From: Hormiphora californensis
Taxonomy: Eukaryota > Animalia > Ctenophora
Direction of reading: 5' to 3'
Assembly: GCA_020137815.1 (NCBI GenBank)
Contig: CM035351.1
Span: forward strand, 5,084,001-5,148,000
Length of the DNA: 64,000 nucleotides
Shown here: positions 1 through 13,928 of the stretch, in pieces
How positions within the stretch are numbered: the first letter of the stretch is position 1
How the letters are laid out: each line of letters opens with the position of its first letter
Translations under genes and position numbers: made by a program
The notes under the pieces: generated by a model
Told to the model about the DNA's origin: nothing
The model's input: only the letters and a program-made list of their open reading frames with translations
Database searches by the model: none

Positions 1-32
1 ACCAAGGGCCATGGGGTTGACATTATACTTAC

Positions 33-916
33 GTTGAATACATTGTTAGGTCAACTTGAATTGTACACCCGGACACAGTGTCGGGCGACTCAAAGGTCAG
101 CAAGGATGTCTGTGTTTGTTAGATGTGTGTTCCCTGAGACACACACCTAGCAACAACTAACAACTTGAGTCGCCTGTTCGTGCTCCGAATAGAATAAAAA
201 GAAAGTATGAACAATTCAACTAACAACCCTGTTACTTGTGGTAGTACAATGTGGCCAGTCTGTTTAGTAGTCATGTCAATGTCCCTGAATTCTTACCGCT
301 GACTGTGTAGGGGGTAGTTACAGTAGCCTCTGCAACGAGAACATGCTTTGTTTTAGTTGTGTAACCCCAAGGGATAGTCCCCGCGCTGCTCTCCACTCGT
401 ATCTGGTTACCCAACACGTCATTACATGGGAAACCGTATGTCTGGCCTTCTTTACTAGTATTATTTGTATCTAACGCCAAAACACCACATTGGTGTTTCT
501 CTTGGGCACTATCTACCACATATACCACTGCATCTGTCATCAATGGAGCAACTAGTCTGACATTTTGTGCAGTCATTCCTGCTACTGCAGTACTAAAGAG
601 TACCAGAGTGACCTCTCTAATTGGAATGTCGGTGTTAGAGAATGTCATCTGGAGCCATGATGCAGTGTCTTCTGTAGCCGCTTCTGCGTATGTTGCTGGG
701 TCGTTGTCGATACTTAGATGAGCAGGGTATGTGTTACCACCATAGGTAGTGCTGAGAGTCGCAGAGAAGGGTCTGATCACTCTACTAGCCGCTGAAACAA
801 TTTTGTGTGAGGGATGGGCCAATCCCAGGCCATTAGGCCAACATATTATCTCATTGTTTTGGAGGGCCATGCTTACCTGCGTTTGATATCAGCAGTACTA
901 TGAGAACAGGGAGCAT
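33..916 (-). CDS. Secreted protein with a galactose-binding-like (F5/8C/fucolectin-like) domain; exons 916-877, 791-297, 146-33; runs off the left edge
   Basis: Exon 1 encodes a signal peptide MLPVLIVLLISNA followed by a gtaagc donor. It splices in phase (tttcag acceptor) into ASRVIRPFSATLSTTY...PAHLSIDNDPATYAEA...WLQMTF...CGVL...YGFPC. A third in-phase exon GVCLREHTS... ends at gtaagt. Confidence 0.6.
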
Positions 917-2236
917 TGTGTGATGGAGGACTCACATAACATTCAAATTACTGTGGGACACGTTAAGTTATCAGATAAACCCAAACAATATATCATATTT
1001 TATATTAGAGATTCTAGCAGCACTTTTTACAGGGAGTTGAGCAAGGCACAGTGCGGCAGCCGGCAAGAGATAGAGTGTAACGAAGATTTTGAGACCTGCG
1101 CTCTCTCGCTAACTCTCTGAATACCATTAAACACGTCACAGCTTATCACGTGGTCCAATGGCTTTGTTTCTGCCAAGAGTCTGAAATCACAGGCAGACAG
1201 AATTAGAATTCTCTGCACGCCGAGACACACAACTGTTACAGTTTAACTATATGTATTCGTAGATAGAAGCTGAACTTGAAGTCCGGAAAAGTGTTGGGCA
1301 CGTCGCGCCCCTCTTCTGTGTTACGGAGGGGGATGCTACGTAGCCAAGGCAAGGTGGAAAAGTCAACTAATGTACAACTAGACGGAAAAGGGAGAGTTAA
1401 TATAACAATGATAATGGTAAATTATAAATGTTCCTCGATGGCCTGTGTCCAACAAACTATGCTAGTATGACTAGACGTTTATAATTATTATCATAATTAT
1501 TATTTCCTAAAGAGAACAAACAACGTCATTAAGTTGGGTCACAAAGTGGTTACACAGATTGGATACATTGTATAACAAATAACTAACAATTTTGTATAAC
1601 CGGTACAAAATTGCAACTAATTGGTGATTAATTCATGAAGACACTGTGAGGCCAATTATAGTTGAATACAATGCTCTGACCACTGCAGTTATGACGCCAA
1701 TGCTCTGACAGTGAAGACAAGGAACGCTTTGTTTTATAAGTTACCTGTTCTTAGTGAATAACTCAACCAACCAGCTCTATATCATGTATATTCTCTGTCG
1801 TTTGTCACACGCTTTGTGTATTACACGAAAGATATGTATGTTAATATTAACATGTTCATATTAACAAAGTTAACAAAATTAACATGTCCCCCCCCCCCAT
1901 TACACGAAATTAAGATATACTTATCCGGATATGACAAACGAGAGAGAAACATAGAATTTGTAAGATCTAAAAAAGCTTTCCTTGTCTTTATGAATTAATC
2001 ATGACCTAGCCTTTTCCCAGTCCTATCTCCTCTCAGTCTCCCTCTCACTGAGTCTCTCAGTCTCCCTCTCACTGAGCTTCTCAGTCAGAGTTAGCCTTAG
2101 AATCTAATTTTGAATAAAAAGGTGTATGGCGACCATGAATATGTATAATGTACACGTGAATAAAGAAACCAAGAACACTGATGGATCATAGAGACCAACT
2201 TGCAAAAACAAAAAAAAGAAAGTAGTAAAGGTCCTC

Positions 2237-2446
2237 CCAAACTACTATGTCCCTTGCTGCGCGCGACCGGATTTTAGACGGCCATAGCTCCACCCCCTGA
2301 TAAGATAGAGACTTGAAATTTGTTTTGTGAGGAGATCATGTCGAGTTCTTCCTACAAAGCAAATTTCAAGTCTCTATCTCATCAGGGAGTGGAGTTATGA
2401 CCGTGGGAAATTTTACAAAACCCGAGTGAGGGACATAGTAGTTTGG
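2237..2446. mobile_element. Palindromic MITE-like element, with a partial second copy at about 2620-2675
   Basis: Outer inverted repeat ccaaactactatgtccct / agggacatagtagtttgg. Inner inverted repeat ctccaccccctgataagatagagacttgaaatttg / caaatttcaagtctctatctcatcagggagtggag. Confidence 0.65.
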
Positions 2447-3633
2447 GGTGTACTTTAGTTTGAAGCAGATAAGATCTTTCCAATAAAAACTACTAACTTC
2501 ACTCACACGGTCTTGCCTACCCATCAGTCATCACCCGAAATATAATTCGAATTAGGAGTACCCTTGCCAGTACAAAGGTTAGAAAGGACTCGATATGAAC
2601 TTCCTAGCCTCAAAACCTCTGTCTCATCAGGGGATGGAGCAATGACCGTGGGAAATTTCACAAAACCCGAGTGATGGTTGTTGCTTGGGGTTTCCTTCAA
2701 CAAGCGCTGACAAGGGTCCCGCGCGCGTTAAATTCCTACCCGCGCTTTCACCACGACAGCGCCAAATCCCACGTTGCACCCTAAAGAGAGAACATGCGCG
2801 TTACAAACATTGCTCACTTCACTAAAATTGGGACACTGCGGAGTTTTGACCGATGGTCCGTTTTGGGGTCCAATGACCCATCTTCTTGGCATCTTTCTAG
2901 CGGCGCTGACCAGATCCGAGCACTGTGTCTCTCCTCTTAAGAATTAAAACAGGGTCTGGCAGCTTAAGGACTCGCTCTAAAGTCTAAATTATAGACGTCA
3001 CACGAGTCATCACTCATCAATTAACGACATGGGGTAGTATAGAAGAGAAAACGGTGATGCCCTTATCTAGCGAGATTGGAGTCAGTACAGAACAGTTTTT
3101 TGTTTTGTTGAGAAATGAGACTTGGAGACAGTGTCAGGCGACTCAAAAGAGAGAAAGAGGGTCACCAGCCAGTTTCTAGGACCCAGAATTCAGGGAAAAA
3201 CGCCGGGTTTCCTCTCCAAGTCCACAACAGTTTTGTAAGCCATAAGGGTCCTGTCAGGTCAATGCTCTGACCACAGTTCTCGCGCCCTCCGCCTTATTTG
3301 AGAGAAATGAGAATAGGGTCAGGCCAATGCTCTGACAGTAAGGGTCTAAAAATTCTCACCAATCTTGTCCAGTGTTGATTAGCAATGGGGATGTTTCATA
3401 TTTTCATATTGTCCTTTTTTCTACTGCACTGTAAAGCATACTTTTCATAGCATGCTACTTCATAAAGCACGTTCTTCGTCCCTCACATAGCGAGCCCGTC
3501 CTATTTTTCTCTCTTTCCTCCCCGAAACCACTTATCTCCTCGGCTTTCCTGCAGCTCTCTCGATATTTTCTTGAGGATGGTGTATGCTGTAGAGAAATGT
3601 GAAATAGGGGGTCACTTGAGTTTGTTGAAAGAG

Positions 3634-3739
<106 letters not shown>

Positions 3740-3797
3740 AACCGTTTATACTATCACCTTACTGATAAACGGCCCTCTCTGCCCTCCATGCCCGACG

Positions 3798-3865
3798 GTT
3801 ACCATGGATACCTGACAAGGGGGACGCAGGTGCTGATCCCACGTGATACCCCCCTCTCTGATTGG
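3798..3865. promoter_or_regulatory. Promoter-like cluster: RFX X-box-like site, E-box and reverse CCAAT
   Basis: GTTACCATGGATAC (3798-3811), CACGTG (3840-3845) and TGATTGG (3859-3865), all next to a GA run. Confidence 0.4.
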
Positions 3866-4727
3866 TCCCAGCAGAATTGTTACATTTACCTCTAATTTTG
3901 TAGGGAGCTATAACTCTGAGATGGATGGTGGGGGCATTGTCTTAAATTGACAGCTCGTCACCACGAGGAACAAAAGTGGGAGCTATCATATATTGAGTTG
4001 TTGAGCAACAACAAAATATATTGAGAGAATACAACCAAGAGAGAGAGCTAGAGGTGGAGTCATTGTTTGATGGGGAGGGGGTTATGTGACAAGTGGCAAC
4101 CACCTTTGAAGCACGAAACAAGAGAGCTCCTTACTTTTGTTGATGTTATAGAGAAATGTTACTACAAACAAGGTAAAGGGAGCATCTCGAATCCGCTGTC
4201 AGGCCAATTCTCTGGCAGCGAATCTAGGCGTGTTGACGTTTTTGTTCCAACCCTTACTCAACAAATCCAGAGGAAAACAGCCCCAGGAAGAGGAAAATAA
4301 TATATCCACTATCCTTTCCTAGATTCTACGAAAATATGCATAATCTAGATTCTAGAGACTAGATTTACAAATCAAATCTAGATTTATATCATTGTTGGGT
4401 AAGAATTTGAGAGAGCAATGACCTGTCTGGCGCCGCCGACCCCATCTGAGCGTTGGGGTATGGGCGCCGCCATACAGGCAATGACCATCTTCCCTGCTCT
4501 GACGCAGCCACGAGTTGTATCAGTTGGCAGACTAGGTAGTTTACCTTATTCCTAACGTCACAAATGTACGATATAACAGTGCTGTACTATATTGAAGGTA
4601 TATACATAGCAGTAAGCTGGTGCAGAGAGTGAGAGTAGAGAGATTGGTTGGATGAGGAGAGAATGAGAGATAGAAAGAAGCTACACAACCTGGTCCCCAC
4701 ACGGTCCAAGACGTACCAGCTGAGTCT

Positions 4728-4862
4728 CTCTCTACTAGGGATCCCAGTATGCAATGGGTCCCAGATGGGCCAATATGGCTGCAGTATAGTACACAGTCTC
4801 TCTACTAGGGATCCCAGAATGCAATGGGTCCCAGATGGGCCAATATGGCTGCAGTACACAGC
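4728..4862. repeat. Tandem duplication of about 70 bp
   Basis: tctctactagggatcccag(t)atgcaatgggtcccagatgggccaatatggctgcagta occurs twice. Confidence 0.9.
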
Positions 4863-4892
4863 TGCAGGGAGAGAACACAGTCGTATTATAGT

Positions 4893-4929
<37 letters not shown>

Positions 4930-5915
4930 TGTCTTCTGCAAGTCCAGTAGCATAGTTTGTGATACACAGTTTGCCTTGTGGTGTGTTCTCAGCTGTATAG
5001 CGTGATTGTGTCTCTGATAGAGGTAGAGTTAAAACTGGCATTGCTCCTTTGAGAAATAGGCAATTCAGTAACCAATTACCAATTCATACTATAGATCTAC
5101 GGTTCTATCCTGGAGCAATATGATAGCTAATTGAGATCTCCTACTGAATAACTCTCTCGGCCTATTTTTCAGTCCACTACTATAACTGCTGAGAAACCTG
5201 AGAAGGAGGGGACACAGAGCTGCCGCGTCAGAGACAACGAGAAAGAGCTAGGAGTTGCGCAATGCCCTCTCTCCCTCTCTACAGTTCTCTTTCTCGCATT
5301 TTCTTTAATCTTTTTCGCATATTTCATACCCTTTTTCTCATATGAACAATGAAAAAGAACGGATTTTCAAAACCAAATATTGAATTTTAATAAATCATAC
5401 AATTAATAATTCTCTCTCTGTCTCCCTGCACATGTTACATCATCATGGTGTGTTAGCTGCTTCTCAATAAATATTCTCAAATAAATAATAATCTCGGATC
5501 ATATGAACTCAAGGCTAACTCGAGCTATCTAATATCCACACTGAAGAGCTGTACTTCAGTAATAAATAGTGGATAGCCCTATTTAACTTAGAATTTAGTG
5601 ATCTGTAGTTACTCATGCAATTTCAGAATGAGAGAAAAAACTTCTGGATTACTCTCACATCGATTGTTTGATCAGTTTCAATATATCTTGGGGTTAAATT
5701 CTCAAATAAACAAAACAACATAGATTTAACTTATATTTCTCCTCTGATCTATCTTTCTGTCTGTCTCTCTATCTCTATCTTTCTTAATCTGTCTCTGAAC
5801 TCCACCTTTTCTGATTAACCCTCATCTGGTTAAAGTGATCTTCTTATATCAGTCATTGTTATCATCCCCAACTTCTGTTAGCTGATTCCCAAGATTATTG
5901 GGCGGGTCAGTGAGG

Positions 5916-8424
5916 TCACTGATCCTCCTCACTGGACGCATAATCAGAGTACCCGTTCTCGTCCTGTTCGTTGTAGACCACTTGCATGGAAGAGGTGATG
6001 ATGGAAGGCATGGAGAGGGGCAGCGAGTGGGGCAGGGCGATGGAGTGGGGGACCAGGGTGTGCCCAATCATTTTTCCCCCCCCCAAAGGGGGGGATTTGG
6101 GGGGGCCCCCGGGCATTTAAATGGGGTTTTTAAAAAAATTGTTATTCCCTTTTCTCTTCAAAAACAATATTTTTAACTTTAAAACCCCCCTCCTTTCTTC
6201 TAATTTTTCCCCTCTCTTGGGTTTTGCCTGCCGCGCTTTTTTTTCTTTTCACTTGTAATCCTTTCTGGGGGTTCTTCCCGGAAAAATTTTCTCTCCCCTC
6301 CCCCCTCTCCCCTTTTTTCCCCTCCCCTCCTTTCTAAAAAATTTTGTCCCCCCGCCTTTTATCTTTCTCTTTCTTCGTCTTTTTTCCCTGTCTTTCCCCC
6401 CCCCTCTTTTCTCAACCTTTTCCCTTTTCGCCCTCCCCCTTCCCTTCCTCTCTTCTCCTCTTTTTTCCTTCTCTCTCTCCCTCCTCTTCTCCCCCCTTTC
6501 TTTTCTCTCTCCTCCTCCTCTTCTCCTCCCTCCCACCCTCTCTCTCCTCCTCTCTCTCTCTCTCTCTCTCTCCTCTCCTCCCCCCCTCCTCTCTTTCTCT
6601 CCACCCCACCAGGGTCTACCCCAAACCCATTTTAGACCCCACGACTTTAATGTGTGTTGGCCGGTGTCTTAAACCGATTCGAGGGGTTTGGGGTGGTGGA
6701 CAAGAGGGCCCCCGGGGCCGGGCATGTTCGTTTTCCCCTGCCCCAGGAGATGAGAGGAAATCATCCGGGTCCAAGGGGGATCATAGCCCGCTAAGGGAGT
6801 TTCCCCCGACTGTTGCACCCCATACGTTTTTTATCGTGTTTTAAACCCCGTCATTTGAAAGAACAGGTTCTTGGGGCAATTCCGGGTGGAAAGGGGTAAA
6901 AAGGGAAAAAAGTCAAAAGGAAGTCCCCAATATTTTAATTTAACAAATTTAAAACTCTGCAAATTTCCCCAAATTACCCCCCATTTTTCCCCAATTTTTA
7001 AATCCCCCAATCAGGCCCCCCCCCCCCAACTCAACCCCTCACACTTTCCACTTTTCTCCATTCTTTATCACATGACAGCCCGGTGAGAAAGGGGTTTAGT
7101 TTTGTCGCCCCTTTCGTTTTTGCGGGGAAACGCACTTGCCCGAGTTCTTTGAACGCCGAGTTAATATCCCTAACCCGGACCCTCTCCCGCTGATTATTAG
7201 CCACTCTCCTCTCCGTCTCTCTCCGGTGCTTCTCTCCATCTTTATTTTCGCCTGTGTAACAGAGAACGGAGGGTAGTTAAAAGATCACAGAAAGGCATAT
7301 GTTAGGAATATGTTAGGAGTACGCTTGGGAAATAAGCATTGATTGAGGGCTTTGGGAAATCAATATTTTATTAGCACAACTAACCTGAGTGACCCTTAGT
7401 CTTCATCCTAGTTTTCCCAGTAGTTCCAATAGGTCCAGATTCACTCCTGTCCAGAGGTAGTGGGTATGGAGGGATCCCCTTGTAGTTGATCGGTAGGTAG
7501 GGGGCAGGGACGTGAAGTTCAGGTTTAGGGGCCATGATATCGGAGTTGGTGGTATCGACCTCCAAACTGTGATCCACAGTTGAATACAGAGAGGGAGCAT
7601 CTAGACCCAGCTAGGGAGAGAGAAGGGGGGGTTAGTAATGGCAATGTTGATTGTTGCTGCATGGTGCAGGTGTATAAATGTTAGTAATTTCAACAAAGAA
7701 TGGTAACTGGTTACTAAGGTAACAGAATGGTACTTGTACCACAGTACTGTACAGGCACATACAACATGATAACATTAACTTACCGCCATGTCCATGGGCC
7801 AAGCTTGGGGCATGGGAATGTCCTGGTTAGTGATGGCTAACGAGGCCCGCAGCACATCAACCATGTTCGAGGAGGGATCTTTTGGACCTGGGAAGGGGGC
7901 AAGGGTTAACATTGGATTGGGTAAGACTCTTACCGATCCCAAGCTCTTACCGTAAGAGCTTGGGATCGGTAAACTAACAGAGAGAGTGCTAGCTACAACA
8001 CGAGAGATAACAGAGAGAAAGGGGACTTCTCACTGACTGCTCCTAACGAGGACGGAACATTTCTTACCGTGAAGCATAACTGGAGCGGAGGCGTTGTGAG
8101 GTCCGGACACGCTTCTATTAGCCGCTGACCCAGGAGGACTTGACCAACCTCTACCACTATCTAAGAGAGAAGGAGAACGGGGTTAACTCGACATATCAAA
8201 CATTGAATTAGCAATGCAATGGGAATGCAATATATTACCAAAGGCTGGAGGTGCAAGTAGGAGATTCAACATCTAGATCTATCACTCAGTTAATGTCTGT
8301 ATCTCTCTCAGTAGTAGAGGGCACATCACACACACAACACTAAACACTCGAGAGACCACTTGCAATACCCCTACAATAATTGCCCCTATTCGGTTTCACA
8401 TAATTATCCGGGTAGAGAGAGAGG

Positions 8425-8467
<43 letters not shown>

Positions 8468-9898
8468 CTATAGAGTGAGAGAGATAGAGAGGAATAAAGG
8501 GCGGGGATTGAGATCTTCTCAGACCCTGTAGCTATAGGGTGCCCCCTAGGCTTGAGTTGCATGGAACTCCTATATTTACACCCTATTTACACCGTGATGA
8601 GTTTAGACTTGCATCAGTTTCGGTAGGTCTACTATGTGTCTAGAATGAGTCATGATTCACTTCATCTCTCCCCCACATTCCACTTTGCACAGTAAATTAA
8701 ATATTCCTTCTAACTAAGTTGGGATCACATGAACAGCAACCTTCTACATTTCAGAGACATGGAAAATGAGATCAGAGATGTTATATGAAACATCATCCTG
8801 TACCTTTAGGATTACTTCTTTACTTTCTCCTTACAACCAATTAAACCAGGTTTTTGTAACCATAGCAATTAGTAATGTGGAAATAATGAACTTCATGGGG
8901 AGGTGGATGAAAGGTGGATAAAACGCCACCTTGGAACTTCAGGTGAACACTGACACCAACTGAGTGCACCAACTTATACCTTTAAACCTCACCACCTGCC
9001 TTACGTGATTGAAGGATAGGAGAGATGGGAGAGAGAAGCGGAGATATTGGGGAGAGGGAGAATGAGAGAGAAGAGATAAGAAGAGGAGAGAAGGAGGGAG
9101 ATGAAATGGTTGCACATCTCATGAAAGTTTAGGATTCGGAGTAATGTGCCTCAATACAAACATTTAGAGATTCCGAGTAATTACCTCAAACCAAACACCC
9201 ATTTCAGCTGACAACATCACTATCAACAATTGAACCGGCTCGCAGTTTCGCCTGACACAACGGCCCTCTACAATCAACTCACTCCCAATTAGGTAGATGT
9301 TACACAGTTGGCCTCAACATACTCACACCTCATCTCACCCCGTACTCACCCCTCAATTGGGGGTCGACTTGCTAAAGTTGCTCTCACCTCATGTAAGTAA
9401 TCTAACTCTGACTCTCTGGCCGCGTGGCTCAACCATCGTAACTGGGTTCACTCTTACCTATCCAACATAAATCAGATCTCATAAAATAAATACATTTAAA
9501 CCTTCCATTGCGGCTAATTTACCTCATGGAAGGAATGCAACGCTTCCTCCTATCTGTGGGCGGCGGACACCACCTGGACGTGGCGTAAACACTGTTTCCC
9601 GATAACAGAACTCTCTTGACTATCCGACATGGTAAGAGGTTTCAAAGCCTAAATACTAATAATGGCCAAGTAATTGCCGCCTCAATTTACCTGATTGAGG
9701 GAAGGACATGGTGAAGGCTTCCTCCTCCTTGGGATACAGCCCACACTGGGAGGTGGGGTAATCAGCATAGGGTCCCGGATAACAGAACGTCTCTTGAGAC
9801 ATGATCCGAGTACTGGTGGCAGGAGGTGGGAATCGGGCCATCCCTGTCGCGTAGGGCCGGTAATGGGATGCTGTGGAAGGTATGCCATACTGGGTCAT
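5916..9898 (-). CDS. TCF4: E-protein class A bHLH transcription factor (daughterless / TCF3-TCF4-TCF12 family); exons 9898-9691, 8160-8068, 7887-7784, 7610-7385, 7251-~7050, an unresolved noisy stretch, and a last exon ~6070-5916
   Basis: The exon starting at 7251 reads [40 protein letters not shown], matching the E-protein basic/helix-1 consensus [26 protein letters not shown]. Upstream exons join in consistent phase at GT-AG sites. Helix 2 lies in error-rich sequence. The specific orthologue cannot be resolved. Confidence 0.85.
7930..7972. repeat. Perfect palindrome with 21-bp arms in an intron
   Basis: ttaccgatcccaagctcttac-c-gtaagagcttgggatcggtaa. Confidence 0.9.
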
Positions 9899-12800
9899 GG
9901 TCTAGATCAGAGAGAAGGGGGTTAGTAGGTACAAGAGTCAAGATGCAAATACTAGATCATATTCATATCGATCAGAGAATATCAGGGGATTAGTTGCATA
10001 AAAACAGGGGGATTCAAATAATTTATTGGGGATTCTTTTTTCCAACGCAAGATAGGGGGTTGTCGAGCAAGGCAAGTACACACAAACAGGAGGCAGCATT
10101 GAGGCCGGAGAATAGTTAAATGATGATTGTTAGACACAAACATGATGATGGAGATGTTAGGTTGAAAATCGCACCTGCCTTCGATTGTGCTTATAATTTT
10201 ACTCCCCCGCTCTCTACAGCTCCTGCACCTATTATAGTGATCGATCTGTATTACCCCTCTCTGCCCCTTTTTAACTCTCCAATTTTCAACTGGAATAATG
10301 ACTGAGTGAGGGCGCTGGAGTGGACCCTTTTTTCTGCCTCTCCAGTGATAATAACGACAGAGTGAGGAAAGAGGGAGAGAGAGAGGGGGACGGGAAAGCT
10401 CAAGGTGGCTAAGGAGTCTGGTTAATTGAAAAGCACTCATGTCATTTCCCCGATATTCTTTTCCCTCTGTCAATATATCCAAACAACGCGGCAAAGATAG
10501 AGACAGAGAATGCTATCCAGAGATCCATGCACTCGCGTGGATATATCATTACTAATATCAGTCGCAGTATACTCTTATTGTTAATTAATAAGTACGAGTG
10601 AATAGTAGATTGGGGCGATGGACAAAAAATGTTGATTAATGTGTAAAAGAATTCAAAAAGCGACGGAAAAAAGTATTCTAGTAGCGAGGTAGAGAGATAT
10701 TACTCGCTATATCGAGAGAGAGATCGAGCTCGATGATATAGATCGCTATAGATATATCTCTCTCTCTCTCTCATCTCTCTCTACTCTCTCTAGATCTATG
10801 ATCTATCATCTCTCGCATCTCGCTATCTAGAGCTCTCTAGCATTTTTCAGTTAGTCGGTCTAATCTGGGTGATTGATAAGGAAAAGGCAAGCTGATGGCG
10901 GATTAGTGAAGCAAGAAAAAAAATAAAGATGAGAAGAGAGAGAGAGAGAAGAGAGAGAGAGAGGAGGTGAGAGAGAGAGAGAGGAGAGGATGAGAGAGGA
11001 GCGAGTGAGAGAGGAAGATCGAGAGAGAGAGAGAGAGAGGGAGAGCCGAGAGAGACAGAGAGGATGGAGCGGAGGGACCAGAGAGAGAGAGAACGAGAGA
11101 GAACGAGAGAGAAAGAGAGAGAAAGAGAGAGAGAAAGAAAGAGGGGATGGAAAGAGGATTCAAAAGGAGTCCAACGAGGGGGAATGAGGGAAAATGAACT
11201 TAAATTGTATTAGATGTGGAAAAGGGGGCCACGTGGTTAATATTAAGAGCTGAAATTAACTTGATCACAGCAGAATTTTCAAAGAACATTAGACAACACG
11301 ACATTGATGAAAAAGTGTATCAATCAATCCAAGTTGCCTCAACTTGGACTGCTGGGGGGCCTTTCCCTCCAGTGCTGAGTTTGAGAGAAGTCCATTCTAT
11401 ATCTCTCTCACAGAGAGAAAATGAGAGACCGACAGAGAGATAGAAAAGAGGAGGAGACCCCGCACGTCCCGAGAGAGAGAAAGCCCAAGCGGAAGGGAAA
11501 AGAGAAGAGAAAGAGAGAGAGAGAGAGAGAAAGAGAGAGTTATAAGAATTTAGATTGGATTGTTACCAATTGATATACACAGAGAGGGCCGTGTTGTACC
11601 AGTTGTTGCAGACCTCCTAGAACGCGGTATATCTAGCTGTGTATCAGAGGGTGTGGCGTGGGAGCCAGCTGATCGATAGTCTGAAAATTAAAGTTCAGAA
11701 CTAGGTTGTATGTGCTCTGGCTATACCTAATAATAGCCTGGACACTGGAATGACTAGAACGAAATCCGTCAGGTCAGGGTGGTATTGTGTGGTTAGGGAA
11801 CTATAACATTGTCCAATTGTGTCTGTCCCATATTTAATATCTGGGAGGGGGCATCAGAATTGGATTATTTAGTCGTGACCACCAGGTGGTACGCGGCACT
11901 AGCTGTTGTGACTCCCGCACATGGCACACGCCTTACTGAAGTACGTCATTAGGTGCATTCCCTTAATATCATCTTCCTTCTTACAAAGATTGCTGTAATT
12001 CCACCGGAACTATCCCTTGGCCTTATAGACTTCCTATTTCTGCAAATCTGTACGGCACCATGCCCGCCATAACCCGTTTTCACCAGTCTACATCTCCTTC
12101 ATACCAAGGTCCACACTACCCACCACGTCTTCTTCTACAGTGCATCTCCCCCTCCCTCTCGATGGCACACGCTCAGCCACTCAAGGGGGTCCTACTGGTA
12201 GGCCCTACTCACGTTCCCTCCCACAGCACAGCAGTAGTGGCCAGAACAGTAGATCATCGTGAAATGAAAAAACAACGGCGATAGCATGCAGAGGAGAAGG
12301 AGATGGGGAGGGAGACCGAGAGGAAGAAGAGACGCCACGGGTGAAGACAGGCCAAGAGACCGGAGACGACGCGGGGAACGGAGACGAGCGGAGAGGAGAA
12401 CCGGGTTGAGACCGAGAGAGAGGGGGCGCCGAGAGAGAAGCCCCTGAGAGAGCGAGAGAGAAAGAGGAGAAAGAGGCCGAGGGAGATGACGAGACGAGAG
12501 AGAGAGAGTAGAGTGCTTATGAGCCGCAGGAGAGGAGAAGAGAAAGACGATCGTGAAACCGCGAGAGACGAGAGGAGAAGAGGGAGAGCGGAGGGGACAG
12601 GAAGAAGTGGTGATGGCTGAAGATGAGACGAGGGAAGCATGGGAAGAGAGAGTGAGAGTCATGGGAAGAGCGAGAGGAGAGGGAAGTTTTTGGAAGTGTT
12701 CTAGAGTTCTCTGTGTAAGTTGCTGTAGTTTACGTTGCAACCTGATACAAGCAGAGACAGACAGGAAAACAGCAGAAAATAAAGACAACAAAGAAAGAAA

Positions 12801-13654
12801 AAAAAAAGTTGCTCAAAGAAAGAAAAGAAGAGAAACGACACAGAAGAAAGAAAGAAACAACAAATAGTGACAAGATAGAAAAGAGCCAGAAAAAAAATTC
12901 AGTGAGTATAATTGTACAAGCAGAACAGAACAACAAATAGTGCCCGTAATACCGTTTCAGAAAGAAAACCAGCAGAAGAGAAGCAAGAACAGAGAACAGA
13001 ACAAAACAATAGCAGCAGAGAACAGCAGATAACCAGAAGCAGCAGAACAACAATTTAGTTAGTGCGTTCCACCCACACCAAGCGAAGCTGGCCAGTAGGT
13101 AGAGTTAGAGTAGAGCAGCTCCATCTTGTAATGATCCTTACTGATCTGACTGTGCGAGCAGCTGAGGCTGTAGCTAGCTCCGAGTTATGGAGAGAGACAG
13201 CAGAAAGAGACCGAGACGGAAGTAGAGCCAGGGAGGGGTTGAGAGTTAGGTAGAGCGATGGGCGATAAGCGGTGATAAAGAAGCCAACGGGTGAAGCGAG
13301 GAGGATGAGTAGGAGATAGAGAATAGAAAGTATGAAATGGAGCAGTTCGGTGATGGACCTTAACACTCGGGTCGAGCGTGTGAGATAAAATGAAGACTAT
13401 ACGAATACTAAATGAGGGTGAGGTGATTTTATAAAGAGGACCATGAAGAAGTATGTATTTTAGCTTAGAACACGTTATCACAATCCGCTACAATGTAAGA
13501 TGATCAGCGGGCTGCGGGGTTTTGCACTATAACGATGGTTAAGAGATCCGATTATAACCATCTCTCATCACCTAGCACCATCTCTACTTATCTCCCAATC
13601 TTCCAGTCGTCTTCTCCAGAGAGAGAGAGAGAGCTATTTTAATGCACCGCTCCA

Positions 13655-13928
13655 GTTGCCATGGTAACCATCTCTCTCTTAAAATGCACCACAACAGCTG
13701 TCACGTGACACACATACCCCCTAGGTCGCGAGTATGAATGTGAGTCTAAAAACTACCTCAGCTAGGGGTAAAACTTAATATTTAGATTGCTTAGTAAACC
13801 TCTAGTTCACACTGTCGCTGCACTGTCCAATCACAACGCACCATTTTGTCACGTGACTTTTATTGGACCAATCAGATGACGCCGTTAGAACACGTGACCA
13901 ATACTGGGATCGCTGATTTGCTCATTGG
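13655..13928. promoter_or_regulatory. Dense promoter: perfect RFX X-box, three CACGTG E-boxes and five CCAAT/ATTGG boxes
   Basis: GTTGCCATGGTAAC at 13655-13668; GTCACGTGAC at 13700 and 13848; CACGTGAC at 13891; CCAAT/ATTGG at 13827, 13862, 13868, 13898 and 13924. Confidence 0.65.

Noticed and set aside
6070-7130. ORFs and apparent pseudogenisation of the E-protein 3' half
   Set aside because: Homopolymer-inflated, error-like sequence typical of unpolished reads; the flanking exons are intact.
10500-13060. ER/SL-rich ORFs
   Set aside because: Translations of GA/CT microsatellite and noisy low-complexity sequence.
11570-13120. Possible upstream coding exons of the E-protein gene (about 13116-13071 and 11680-11570)
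   Set aside because: Their phases do not join the open frame at 9901; at most they are UTR or alternative exons.
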